Below, piece after piece: positions 19,320-28,093 of a stretch of DNA of 64,000 bases. The stretch covers positions 28,271 to 92,270 of the forward strand of contig CAKZTQ010000015.1 in the NCBI GenBank assembly GCA_937921735.1, given 5' to 3'. Both the position numbers and the translations under genes were made by a program. This DNA comes from an uncultured archaeon (GTDB lineage: Archaea; Hadarchaeota; Hadarchaeia; Hadarchaeales; Hadarchaeaceae). Position 1 is the first letter of the stretch; each line of letters opens with the position of its first letter. A model generated the notes under the pieces. It was not told the origin of the DNA. It did not search any database and saw nothing but the letters and a program-made list of their open reading frames with translations.

Positions 19320-20957
19320 TTACTTCTCGATGTAGGTGTCGAGGAACTTCCAGCACTGGCCCAGCAGCGGATGCGGCCTGAAACCCTTCACCTCGGTTCT
19401 ATAGGCCATGAACATCGCTCGCTCGACCAAAGGTATGATGACGGCGTCGTCCATGATTAATCTCTGACTTTCGTAGAGGGCCGTGAGGGCGACGTTGTCG
19501 TCGAGCGAGAAGGTGTTCTCGATTACGGCATCCGAGTAATCGCTTCCCCACCAGAACCTGTTTGGTCCCGGCGGCAGGCGCACGCGATGCCATAGCCACC
19601 ATATCATGTCCGCCAAGGGCCAAGTATAGCCCATGATGAACATGTCGAAGTTACACTTCTGGATGCGGTCGATGAGCAGCCCGAACTCCAGGACTTGGAT
19701 CTGGAGGTCGACGCCGACTAGCTTCCACTGCTCCCGCAAGATCTCCGCAAGCCTTGGGTAGGGAGGTGCTGAGGTGGTGAGCAGCTCGAGCGTCAGACCC
19801 TTACTATACCCCGCCTCGGCCAGCAACTGCCTCGCCTTCTCCGGATCGTAAGGATAATATTTTTCGACCTCCGGCCAATAGCCCCAGATGGAGGACACCA
19901 ACGGCCCATGAGCTGGAGAACCAAGGTTTTCGTAGGCGTATATAACCAAGTTCTCCTTGTAGGTCGCATAGTTAAGCGCCTGCCTCACCCTGACGTCGTT
20001 ACAAGGCGAGGGCTTCTTAGTGTCAGGCCAAGATTTCACCGGATAATGATCTGGCACCGGGAATAGCGTCGGCGAGCTACAGTTGAAGCCTAGGTAGACC
20101 ATCGAAGAGTATGACTTCTTCAGCATCACTATCTCCGGGTTCTTCTCCCACCTCGCGAACAACTCCTTGCGCGGGGCAGCTTGCTCTAACATATGAACAT
20201 TTCCGGCCTCTAGCTCCGCTTCTTGCACGAGCGACTCCGGGATGACCCTAAAGGTTATCCCATCAAGGTAAGCGGGGCCGCGGTTCTGATAGCTCGCTGG
20301 ACCCCACTTGTAGTCCGGATTTCGTTCAAGAACGATCCTGTCGTCGCGGATCCACTGCTTTACCTTGAAGGGCCCGGTACCGCAGAAGTGGCTTACTCCA
20401 TAGTCCTCCTTATAGAGCTCGGCGCAGTGCGGACAGACTATCACGCTTGAGACGGTGGCGAACCAATCCACGATGAACCTATCCGGCTTCTTTAAGTGGA
20501 TCCTAACTGTATAATCGTCTACCACCTCAACGTCCAAGACGTTTACCACTGAGTCCTTATGTTTGGACTGTGGGAGGTTTTTCGCCCTCAAGACGCTATA
20601 ACGCACCGCCTCCGCGGTGAAGGGATGGCCACAGTGGAACTTCACATCGTCCCTCAAGTGGAAGGTGACGCTCAGCCCATCGGGCGCCACCTCCCAGGAC
20701 TTCGCGAGGAGGGGCTGCCAAGACATGTCCCAGTCGAAGATCATAAGGGTATCGTAGATTAGGCCCGTAACACGGGTGGCGAAGTCAAAAACCGTCCGAT
20801 GGGGGTCCAAGATATCGGCGTCAGCGCTTCGGCCGATGATAAGCCAGCCCCCGCTCCTCGGAGCGACTTCTGATGGTCCTTTGGTCACCGAGAACACAAC
20901 AGCTGCTATTATCGCGATGACCACCACGACCGCCACAACTGTGGTGACCTTAACCAT
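19320..20957 (-). CDS. ABC transporter substrate-binding protein, family 5, N-terminally membrane-anchored
   Basis: N-terminal hydrophobic anchor, size and family-5 SBP-like sequence. First gene of the transporter operon. Confidence 0.8.
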   Translation of the reverse strand: MVKVTTVVAVVVVIAIIAAVVFSVTKGPSEVAPRSGGWLIIGRSADADILDPHRTVFDFATRVTGLIYDTLMIFDWDMSWQPLLAKSWEVAPDGLSVTFHLRDDVKFHCGHPFTAEAVRYSVLRAKNLPQSKHKDSVVNVLDVEVVDDYTVRIHLKKPDRFIVDWFATVSSVIVCPHCAELYKEDYGVSHFCGTGPFKVKQWIRDDRIVLERNPDYKWGPASYQNRGPAYLDGITFRVIPESLVQEAELEAGNVHMLEQAAPRKELFARWEKNPEIVMLKKSYSSMVYLGFNCSSPTLFPVPDHYPVKSWPDTKKPSPCNDVRVRQALNYATYKENLVIYAYENLGSPAHGPLVSSIWGYWPEVEKYYPYDPEKARQLLAEAGYSKGLTLELLTTSAPPYPRLAEILREQWKLVGVDLQIQVLEFGLLIDRIQKCNFDMFIMGYTWPLADMIWWLWHRVRLPPGPNRFWWGSDYSDAVIENTFSLDDNVALTALYESQRLIMDDAVIIPLVERAMFMAYRTEVKGFRPHPLLGQCWKFLDTYIEK

Positions 20958-20995
20958 CGACCGACCCCACGCTCACTAATCATTAGAGTTCGATG

Positions 20996-21004
20996 TTTAA
21001 AAGA
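20996..21004 (-). promoter_or_regulatory. Candidate TATA box for the ABC transporter operon
   Basis: The minus strand reads TTCTTTTAAAC. The TTTTAAA core ends 38 nt upstream of the SBP ATG. Confidence 0.3.
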
Positions 21005-21046
21005 ATATCGGGTCGACAAACACTGTTACGATGAAAATGATGTTCT

Positions 21047-21082
21047 AAAAAAAGAAAAAAGCGAGGACACGCTTTTCCTCGC
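21047..21082 (-). terminator. Hairpin plus oligo-T terminator after the 814-aa gene
   Basis: The minus strand reads GCGAGGA-aaagcgtg-TCCTCGC followed by TTTTTTCTTTTTTT, starting 35 nt after the stop codon. Confidence 0.55.
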
Positions 21083-21116
21083 TCCTCGGCAATCAATCGG
21101 GTTTGATATCCGGCGA

Positions 21117-23561
21117 CTAGCTTTCGCCGCCCTTCTTTCCTCGCCTCAACGCCAGATACGCCGCCGCTACGACGACCACCGCTATGACCACTGCCGCTGC
21201 TATCAGCGCCCATGGTATTTCGACGCGCTTCTCTTCCTCGGTAGGTACCTCCGCGGTTACCCTAAACTCCGATGTCGCTGATGTACCCGTTCCAGTTACC
21301 GTGGCCTTCAAATCGTCCCTCGTGAGGGTGGTCACCCTAGGAGCCGATACCGTTATCCTGACCTCTGCGTTCTCTCCAGGCCCAAGCGTCACCTCGTCTC
21401 GTTCGAGCCTCACGATCCAACCCTTTGCACTGGTCACGGCGATCCTGTACGTATCAGCCTCGGTGCCGTCGTTCCTGATGGTTAGCGTAAACACCGCATC
21501 TTCTCCACCCTTGACCGTCTTAGCTCCCAGGCTCGCTGGCACCCAAACCGCGTACGGCTGGTACCAGACCTCGTGGTCCACGAGGTAGACGCGGGGCTCC
21601 CATGGCCAGCGGTTGTACTTTTCGTTGTCCGTCACCTGGTCATCCTGCACCCTGATGCCCGCTCCCAAGGCCTCGAGGATCGGGTTGGTGTTGAAGGGCT
21701 TGGTATAGCCACCGTAGTCGGCCTGCTCGCCCAACAGCAAGCCGCCACCAGCATAGACCCAGTCCTTGATCGCACTGATCTCGGCGCTTGTCAGGGATCT
21801 CTCTGCCGTGACGAACATTAGCACGCTGTACGGCGCTAGTAGGGTCGAGGAAAGGGTACCTGTATACGTGTCGACCTTATAGCCAAGCGATCTCAAGTAC
21901 TCGAGCCAAAGCTGCATGCGGTCGGCGTTATGGAAGGCGGTTTCGGGTGTCCAGTAGAAGAGCACACTGTGCCCAGTCGCGTTTTCGTACCTCACCAGCC
22001 AACCTATCATGCGCGAGCCTATCTCCTTGTTCCTGAGGGCCTCGACGCTGAAGTGATCGGTGGGGGAGCTTCTGAAGCCGGCCGCGCCACCGTAAACGAT
22101 GACCCTGCCGTTTCCGACTTTGGCCGCTGCTGCCACGATCGGGAACTCTCCCCTGCCAATGGGGATTGGGTAGGGCTCGCGGTACGACTCGTCCAGCGTG
22201 CAAGCGGTCTCCGTACCTATCATGATCGGCTTCGCTGGTGGCTCGACGATGAGCGAGGGGGTACTAAACACGAAGAAGTACTCGTCCTTCTTATACAGCG
22301 GGTATGGAGGCTCGGCTTTCGGGAAGTAAGGCGCCGCCGCTAGGAATGCGGAGTCCTCGACGCCCGTTCCCTTGGCAGTGATCTTGATGACGTTCCTGAC
22401 CTTCTCCTTTGCGGCAGGGTCGACGGTAATCCTAACCGTTACCTTACCTACCTCACCCGGCTTGAGCGAGAGCGTCGACGGCGAGGCTTCGGCCTTCCAA
22501 CCAAGGTCGTCGGTCACGGATATCGTGTAAGTATCGTCTAAGCTGCCGGTGTTGGAGACCCCGATGACGGTCACTATGTCCTTGCCCGGCTCCTGCGTCA
22601 CTAGGGTAGGCCTGAATCTGTTCTCCACCTTCGGGGACTGCGTCGGCACCGTCTGAAGGAAGGTCACCGCCACCTTTCTCATCACGGGCGTGGCGAGCGT
22701 ACAGATGCTGTATAACCCCACCGTCGTCTTCCCGGTGGCGCTCTGGTAGGCAGCGCCTATGTCCGTGGTGACATCGACGTCGGCTATGGGCTGGTACAAG
22801 GCGTTGGCCCAGTTCGTGGTATCGCTCATTTGATCGTCTTGGAACCAAAGCCCGAAGCCCAGCGCCGAGAGTATCTTGTTGTGCACCTTGTAGTAGTTGT
22901 ATCCGCCGTAATCGCTGGCATCCATCACCAGCAGGCCCTTGCCCCCCTCGACGAAGCTCTTTATGACTTGGATGTCCGCGTCCGGCAACAAGTTCGGATC
23001 CCCTCCCGTACCGGGCGATCCCAGCTGGAGCTGAGGTAGGACCAAGATGTCGTACTGCGCGAGCAGGCTCGCGGTGATGGGCTCCGTGCTGTCGCCAGTT
23101 ACCGTGTAGCCCAAGTTTCGGAGGGCGGTGATCATCTGCGCGCAACGCTCGGTGTTGTTGTAGACGTTATAGCCCTCGTACCAGAGCACTTTCTTGGCGC
23201 CGGGCACCATCCACTGAAAAACCTTGTCGAACAACACGTCGAGGTGGGGGTTCGGGTTTTGGGCGCCGTTCCACCTCGTATCCCTACAGGCGGCCGCAAG
23301 ACCAGCCGCTGCCACCGCTCCCGAGCCTACCTTTTGCACGGCCATTATCGGCGGGCGATCGCCGGCCTTGTAGACCAGCCAAGGCTTGTCGCCCCTTTGA
23401 TCCACGTTGTAGGCGGTCGCCGACCCGCTGAGGATAACGATGGGCTCTGGATTTTCCGCGACGGTTACGCTCGACGTCGTTAAGGCGAGCATCGCCATGA
23501 TCATCAGAACCGATATCAAAACGCCGCTCTTCGTTATCGCTTTATGTCCTTTTGCCTTCAT
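21117..23561 (-). CDS. Large cell-surface protein with an internally duplicated module, signal peptide and C-terminal TM anchor
   Basis: 814 aa. The N-terminal and C-terminal halves share ordered motifs (e.g. GGKGLLVMDASDYGGYN / GGGLLLGEQADYGGYT and ILSALGFGLWFQDDQMSD / ILEALGAGIRVQDDQVTD). Each half is followed by an Ig/CARDB-like beta segment. GGAGG lies 6 nt before the ATG. Confidence 0.7.
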   Translation of the reverse strand: MKAKGHKAITKSGVLISVLMIMAMLALTTSSVTVAENPEPIVILSGSATAYNVDQRGDKPWLVYKAGDRPPIMAVQKVGSGAVAAAGLAAACRDTRWNGAQNPNPHLDVLFDKVFQWMVPGAKKVLWYEGYNVYNNTERCAQMITALRNLGYTVTGDSTEPITASLLAQYDILVLPQLQLGSPGTGGDPNLLPDADIQVIKSFVEGGKGLLVMDASDYGGYNYYKVHNKILSALGFGLWFQDDQMSDTTNWANALYQPIADVDVTTDIGAAYQSATGKTTVGLYSICTLATPVMRKVAVTFLQTVPTQSPKVENRFRPTLVTQEPGKDIVTVIGVSNTGSLDDTYTISVTDDLGWKAEASPSTLSLKPGEVGKVTVRITVDPAAKEKVRNVIKITAKGTGVEDSAFLAAAPYFPKAEPPYPLYKKDEYFFVFSTPSLIVEPPAKPIMIGTETACTLDESYREPYPIPIGRGEFPIVAAAAKVGNGRVIVYGGAAGFRSSPTDHFSVEALRNKEIGSRMIGWLVRYENATGHSVLFYWTPETAFHNADRMQLWLEYLRSLGYKVDTYTGTLSSTLLAPYSVLMFVTAERSLTSAEISAIKDWVYAGGGLLLGEQADYGGYTKPFNTNPILEALGAGIRVQDDQVTDNEKYNRWPWEPRVYLVDHEVWYQPYAVWVPASLGAKTVKGGEDAVFTLTIRNDGTEADTYRIAVTSAKGWIVRLERDEVTLGPGENAEVRITVSAPRVTTLTRDDLKATVTGTGTSATSEFRVTAEVPTEEEKRVEIPWALIAAAVVIAVVVVAAAYLALRRGKKGGES

Positions 23562-23591
23562 GATCTGCCTCCGAGATAGGGACGTCGAGCA

Positions 23592-24524
23592 TCATATAAA
23601 TGTTTTGGGGTGGATACCGCCCGCCAATTGGGCACCGGCGAGGACCATGAGCGCCGCGGCCACCGTAGCTATAGCCAACGGGCCCAAGCCCGCGGCTTGT
23701 GTCCTAAAGCTCTTAAACGTGAACTTATAGTAGGGTTCTTCCAGCCAGACGCCCTGCGAGTGATTCCTGGCCTTTATCTCCACCTCCACCTCGTCCCCTT
23801 TGGGCCTAACGAAGAGGAAGATCGACTCGTACTGGTTGTTCCAATCGAGGGAGTTGATCCCGAACGACATGAAACCATAGGCGGTGTTCTCGTTTATCGT
23901 CCATCGATGGAGGTGTCCGTGGAACCATATATCTATGTGCATCGCGCCATCCTTTATTGCCGCTCCCAGCTCGGGCCAGACGTTCCATTGGTAGTAGGGC
24001 TGGTGGGAGAAGAGAAAAACGGGTCTATTCCTATAGGTGATAAGCTCGCCCCATAGCCAGTCGAACTGCTCCCCACCCATCCACCCACCAGCGTAGTTGG
24101 TTCTGTTCTCCCAGCCTTTTTCGCTCGAGATCATCACGAACCTGATCCCCGCCACGTCAATGCCTCTGTAAGACAACGGAAGTATCGGCTCCCCTGTATT
24201 ATAGTCGAAGTCGTGGTTTCCCAAGATGTAGTACCACCTTTTGACCTTCAAGTTCCCCATGATTGAGGTGATGGGCTCAAAGCATCGGTCGCTATTGTTA
24301 GCTAGGTCGCCCAAACAGATAGCGTAGTCTGCGATCCCTAACTTATTCACGTCCTCGACCGCAGTGCGGAGGTACCTCTCCTCCCCCCCGGGGAACACAT
24401 GGGGGTCGGAGAATACCCACCAAACCTGCATACCGCCTCCGCGGTTTATTAGAAATATGCCCGCAAGCGCAGCGATGACCGCACAGGCCGCGACGACTGC
24501 AACCGCTATAGTTTTCGAGCTCAT
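23592..24524 (-). CDS. Calcineurin-like metallophosphoesterase, membrane-anchored
   Basis: Ordered motifs SDPH, GDLANN, GNHD and GHLH. N- and C-terminal hydrophobic helices. ATG 24524 is preferred over TTG 24548. Confidence 0.8.
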   Translation of the reverse strand: MSSKTIAVAVVAACAVIAALAGIFLINRGGGMQVWWVFSDPHVFPGGEERYLRTAVEDVNKLGIADYAICLGDLANNSDRCFEPITSIMGNLKVKRWYYILGNHDFDYNTGEPILPLSYRGIDVAGIRFVMISSEKGWENRTNYAGGWMGGEQFDWLWGELITYRNRPVFLFSHQPYYQWNVWPELGAAIKDGAMHIDIWFHGHLHRWTINENTAYGFMSFGINSLDWNNQYESIFLFVRPKGDEVEVEIKARNHSQGVWLEEPYYKFTFKSFRTQAAGLGPLAIATVAAALMVLAGAQLAGGIHPKTFI

Positions 24525-24535
24525 GCCCACCCTAC

Positions 24536-25624
24536 CTACTTGAGCCAACTGGAGTACACGCTCCCCCAGTCCCTCTGGAATATCTTCAGCAGGTCGCTAA
24601 CTACCTCGGGCGATTTAACCATGACGCCTACGTCCCTTCCCCCATCGGTTATGTACCTGATGTCGATGTTGGCACTTCCGACGTAGGCCCATTCGTTGTC
24701 GACCACCATGATCTTCGGGTGGGCCGAATAGGGGTGCCTGATCACCGTCACCCCTACGCCGTAGCCAGCTAGTTCTTTTAAGAAATACTCCCATTTGAGG
24801 GACTCCTTGTCCACCAAAACCTCCACTTTTATACCCCTGTTTAAAGCGTTGTTTAGGGCCTCCTTCAGCCTCACGGGTAGGCCGTTGAATATGTACATAT
24901 ATATGTAAACATTTTCCCTCGCGCGGTTCAAAAGTTCGACAAACGCGTCCAACGTTCTGGTGACCTCCGACGGCAAATCTGGACCGTTGGCCACGGGGAT
25001 TATCCAATCCGCCTCCCAGTACTCGCCACCTCTCGGCTCTCCCTTCGCCGCTACCCAACCCCCCTCGAAGATGTAGGCATAGGCGCCCGCTATTTCTTGG
25101 CCGTATAGCAGTAGGTTGATCTCTCGGTTGAAGGTCAAGGCGTAGTAGCTCCAGTTAGTGCTACCGATGCTCACCACCTTACCATCGACTATCATATACT
25201 TGGCATGGGTCTGTTTGGGATAAGACAGCACCGTTATACCCTTGTGCCGCCCGAGTTCCCTCACTATATCAACATCGTAGTTTCGCCCGTCCACGAGGAT
25301 CCTGACCTTCACCCCACGATCGGCTGCTTCCCTTAGGGCGTTGTAAACCTCGCCCAGTGGGCCTTGGGGAGGGCTCAGGTAATAGGCCTCTATATCTATC
25401 GTGTACTTCGCCTCTCGGATGAGCTTGAGCCAAGCGTCGGCGGTGTCCTCGATCCCCGGATCGTTCAGCTCGGGGGGCGCGGTCTCCGTCACCACGACGC
25501 TTCGAGTTGCAGGGGCCGTCGTCCCCCCGGAACTGTGATAGATATACACGGAAACGGCCGAGGCGACTATCAATGCCGCAAACAGGATGGCAACCTTTTG
25601 TGATCTAGCCTTCAAGCCTTCCAC
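24536..25624 (-). CDS. Phospholipase D-superfamily enzyme (two HKD motifs), N-terminal signal anchor
   Basis: HAKYMIVDGKVVSIGSTN and HPKIMVVDNEWAYVGSAN both fit HxK(x)4D(x)6GSxN. Confidence 0.85.
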   Translation of the reverse strand: MEGLKARSQKVAILFAALIVASAVSVYIYHSSGGTTAPATRSVVVTETAPPELNDPGIEDTADAWLKLIREAKYTIDIEAYYLSPPQGPLGEVYNALREAADRGVKVRILVDGRNYDVDIVRELGRHKGITVLSYPKQTHAKYMIVDGKVVSIGSTNWSYYALTFNREINLLLYGQEIAGAYAYIFEGGWVAAKGEPRGGEYWEADWIIPVANGPDLPSEVTRTLDAFVELLNRARENVYIYMYIFNGLPVRLKEALNNALNRGIKVEVLVDKESLKWEYFLKELAGYGVGVTVIRHPYSAHPKIMVVDNEWAYVGSANIDIRYITDGGRDVGVMVKSPEVVSDLLKIFQRDWGSVYSSWLK

Positions 25625-26552
25625 CCTCGACTGCTCTCCTCGCCCGACCGAAGTCTGCGTTGCAGCTTATGAATCTTTGGGCCGGCTGCACGGGGGCCCG
25701 CCTCCTGAGCACATATGCGGTTGCGGCCAAGGCGACGACGAGGATAGCCGCTGCCACCGGAATGGTCCAAGCTACCCTCGATCCCTCCTCCGCCGGCACC
25801 CCCAGCTTCAACAGACCTGCCTCGACCAAGGCGGTGTACCAGATATCCGACGTCAGCTGCACGGCGGCGTTGAGCCTGTTCTCGGCCATCGTCCTGAGCA
25901 CGTCGTTCCACAGCACGCCCTGCGTTAACCAGTAGTTTATCTTATCGTTCTCGTAGCCAGTGAACGAGAAGCTTTCGTGGGCGACCTCGACGACCGCTTG
26001 GAATACGTTCTCGAGCAACTTGGGTCGGTAATTGTAGATAGTTACCTCGTCCAGCATCGCGTCCGCCCTGTCCTCGAAGACCACATGCATGCCGCCTGGG
26101 TTGTAATCGGAAGTGGTGTGGAGGGGCATGGTGACGTCGGTGGCATAATGGGCTATTGCCCCCGCTAGAAGCGCGGCGCGCTCCCAATCCTCTGCCTTTA
26201 GGGCCTCGACGAACATGCGATAGTTGTCCGATAGTGCCCACGGAAGCATGCCCAGCTTGGGGTCCCTCCCATCTGGGGACAAATCGACATCATAGTAGTG
26301 CCTATATTGTTCGTTCGGGTCCTCCCCCCGCCATTTCGTATCCGGGTAGATGGAATACTCGACGATAAGATCACCGAACGCGTCGAAGAAGGGCTCGTCT
26401 GGTAGCAGCTTCATTGCTCGTTCGGCAACTAACTCGTGAGCTCTCAGGCCCCAAGCCCGCACGAAAGCGGTGGGGGTGAGGCCCAACGCAACGATGCTAG
26501 AGAAGATAAACAGGGTAACGAAGAGCAAACGGCTGCGAGCCCCAGTTTTCAA
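25605..26552 (-). CDS. S1/P1 nuclease / zinc phospholipase C-fold enzyme, secreted with C-terminal TM anchor
   Basis: The predicted signal cleavage VRA|WG would expose an N-terminal Trp, as in P1 nuclease. Also WGLRAH, RHYYD and HYATDVTMPLH (HxxxDxxxPLH). TTG start, with GGGAGGT 8 nt upstream. Confidence 0.7.
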   Translation of the reverse strand: MKTGARSRLLFVTLFIFSSIVALGLTPTAFVRAWGLRAHELVAERAMKLLPDEPFFDAFGDLIVEYSIYPDTKWRGEDPNEQYRHYYDVDLSPDGRDPKLGMLPWALSDNYRMFVEALKAEDWERAALLAGAIAHYATDVTMPLHTTSDYNPGGMHVVFEDRADAMLDEVTIYNYRPKLLENVFQAVVEVAHESFSFTGYENDKINYWLTQGVLWNDVLRTMAENRLNAAVQLTSDIWYTALVEAGLLKLGVPAEEGSRVAWTIPVAAAILVVALAATAYVLRRRAPVQPAQRFISCNADFGRARRAVEGGRLEG

Positions 26553-26576
26553 ATTTTTCTACCTCCCAAGGTGATT

Positions 26577-27992
26577 CTACTTCCTCCTCAAGTAGAGGGC
26601 TATGGCAAGGCCGGCTATCGCGATGACCACAACAGCTACGATCGCCCCCATTGGAAACTTAGGCGGCTTTTTCGGCACGGCCTTTTGAATGATCAGCTCG
26701 TCGAAGACCTCGCCGTTGACGTCGATCGCCCTCATATGGAGCATCCCGTTATCGTAGAGGTCGATGAGCACGAAGTGGTACCTCGAATCCGGCCCAAACG
26801 CCGTGTACCACTTAGGGCTGTAGCCGGTGTAGAGCGGAGCTCCCCAACCACCGGAGACCACGTATGTAATGCCGTTCTCGAGCGGCATGATCTCGCCGGG
26901 AGCCCTGGTCCAGTCCAGCGGGTGCGAGCGCTCGTAGGTGTGGAAGTGGCCCATCAGGACCAAATCGACGCCGTACTTGTCGAACAGAAATGCCCAATTA
27001 TCTATCATCGCCCGCCCATTGGGGTTGTAAAAGGCCTTTGGGATATCCGATCTAGAGGAGACCATGTCCCTGTGGGTGACCACGATCTTCCAGAGATAAT
27101 CCTTGGACGCCTCAAGCTCGCCCTGCAGCCACTCCACCTGCTCCCTCCAAGCCTCGGAGCGGGGGTCCAGGATCTCGCTGTCGAGCACTATTATCCTCAA
27201 ATCCGGCCCCCAGCTCAGCGCGTACCACCGCTCGTTGCCTGGCAGGTTAAAAACCGTATAGTAGTTCATGGCATGCGTCGCGGGATTATAGCTCGAGGGC
27301 TGCGGGTAGTAAATCTCGTGGTTGCCTATCGCCGGCACGATGGGGATCGTCAAGCCTTCTGGAGTAATCCAATACTGGCTAATCGCCGAAAACCAGTTGT
27401 CCCAAGTGTCCGGCCTCACTTGATCATCGCCGTTGTAGATGAAATCCCCGCTGAAAACCACGAAGGAGGGGCTATATTGCGCCATTAGGCGAGAAACGTT
27501 GTCCCTAGCGCTCGGCCATTGCGGATATGGACTGGCGCCCGCCGACCTAGAATCTCCCCCCACCACGAACCTAAAACTTTTAGCCCGCTCCGGCGCCGTG
27601 CGGAAGGCTCGCTCCCCGCTCCACCCGTGCTCCGGATGGCCAGCGATGAAGTAGTACACCGTATCCGGCTGTAGACCGGTGAGCTCGACGTGGTGCACGT
27701 AACCCTCAAACTTCGCCGTGGTCACGCCCTCGCCGCCTGAGGCGCGGTAGCGGTACGCGTCGGGATCCCCACCTCTGGATTGGGTGTCGTAGCGCACCTC
27801 GCCGACGTAGTTCCCCACCGTGCGCCAGCTGACGTTGATGCTGTGGGCCGCGTTGTCGCGAGCCAAGCTCAGATAGATATAAGCTGGTCGGTCTTCGGCT
27901 TGGGCTAAAGCGGGGGTAAAATTGACGAACAAGATCAGGGCGCTCGCGGCTAGCGCCGAAAACATCGCGATGTTTGCCCTGACGCGGGGCAT
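26577..27992 (-). CDS. Purple acid phosphatase-like metallophosphoesterase, secreted with C-terminal TM anchor
   Basis: Five PAP blocks in order: GGDSR, GDFIY, GNHE, VTHRD and GHFH. An N-terminal FN3-like domain. Signal peptide ending ALAQA. Confidence 0.85.
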   Translation of the reverse strand: MPRVRANIAMFSALAASALILFVNFTPALAQAEDRPAYIYLSLARDNAAHSINVSWRTVGNYVGEVRYDTQSRGGDPDAYRYRASGGEGVTTAKFEGYVHHVELTGLQPDTVYYFIAGHPEHGWSGERAFRTAPERAKSFRFVVGGDSRSAGASPYPQWPSARDNVSRLMAQYSPSFVVFSGDFIYNGDDQVRPDTWDNWFSAISQYWITPEGLTIPIVPAIGNHEIYYPQPSSYNPATHAMNYYTVFNLPGNERWYALSWGPDLRIIVLDSEILDPRSEAWREQVEWLQGELEASKDYLWKIVVTHRDMVSSRSDIPKAFYNPNGRAMIDNWAFLFDKYGVDLVLMGHFHTYERSHPLDWTRAPGEIMPLENGITYVVSGGWGAPLYTGYSPKWYTAFGPDSRYHFVLIDLYDNGMLHMRAIDVNGEVFDELIIQKAVPKKPPKFPMGAIVAVVVIAIAGLAIALYLRRK

Positions 27993-28023
27993 TATATCGA
28001 CCAGTCACTTTAAAAGTTCCGAG

Positions 28024-28031
28024 TTTATAAA
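28024..28031 (-). promoter_or_regulatory. Candidate TATA box for the exo-enzyme operon
   Basis: TTTATAAA ends 31 nt upstream of the PAP ATG, and there is no SD. This fits a near-leaderless first gene. Confidence 0.3.
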
Positions 28032-28093
28032 CGTTGGAGCGTTACGACTTTTGGTCGATCCTTCCAAATTCTTAGCATGCCGACATACGTGTA

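Noticed and set aside
22453-23145. 230-aa minus-strand ORF inside the 814-aa gene
   Set aside because: It is an alternative frame of the same strand, extremely Arg/Gly/His-rich. The 814-aa frame is continuous, has a signal peptide and TM anchor, and shows an internally consistent duplication.
26436-27488. 350-aa plus-strand ORF
   Set aside because: It is antisense to the PAP-like and P1-like genes, whose frames carry complete catalytic motif sets. It is a typical long shadow ORF of GC-rich DNA (Arg/Pro/Val/His-rich).
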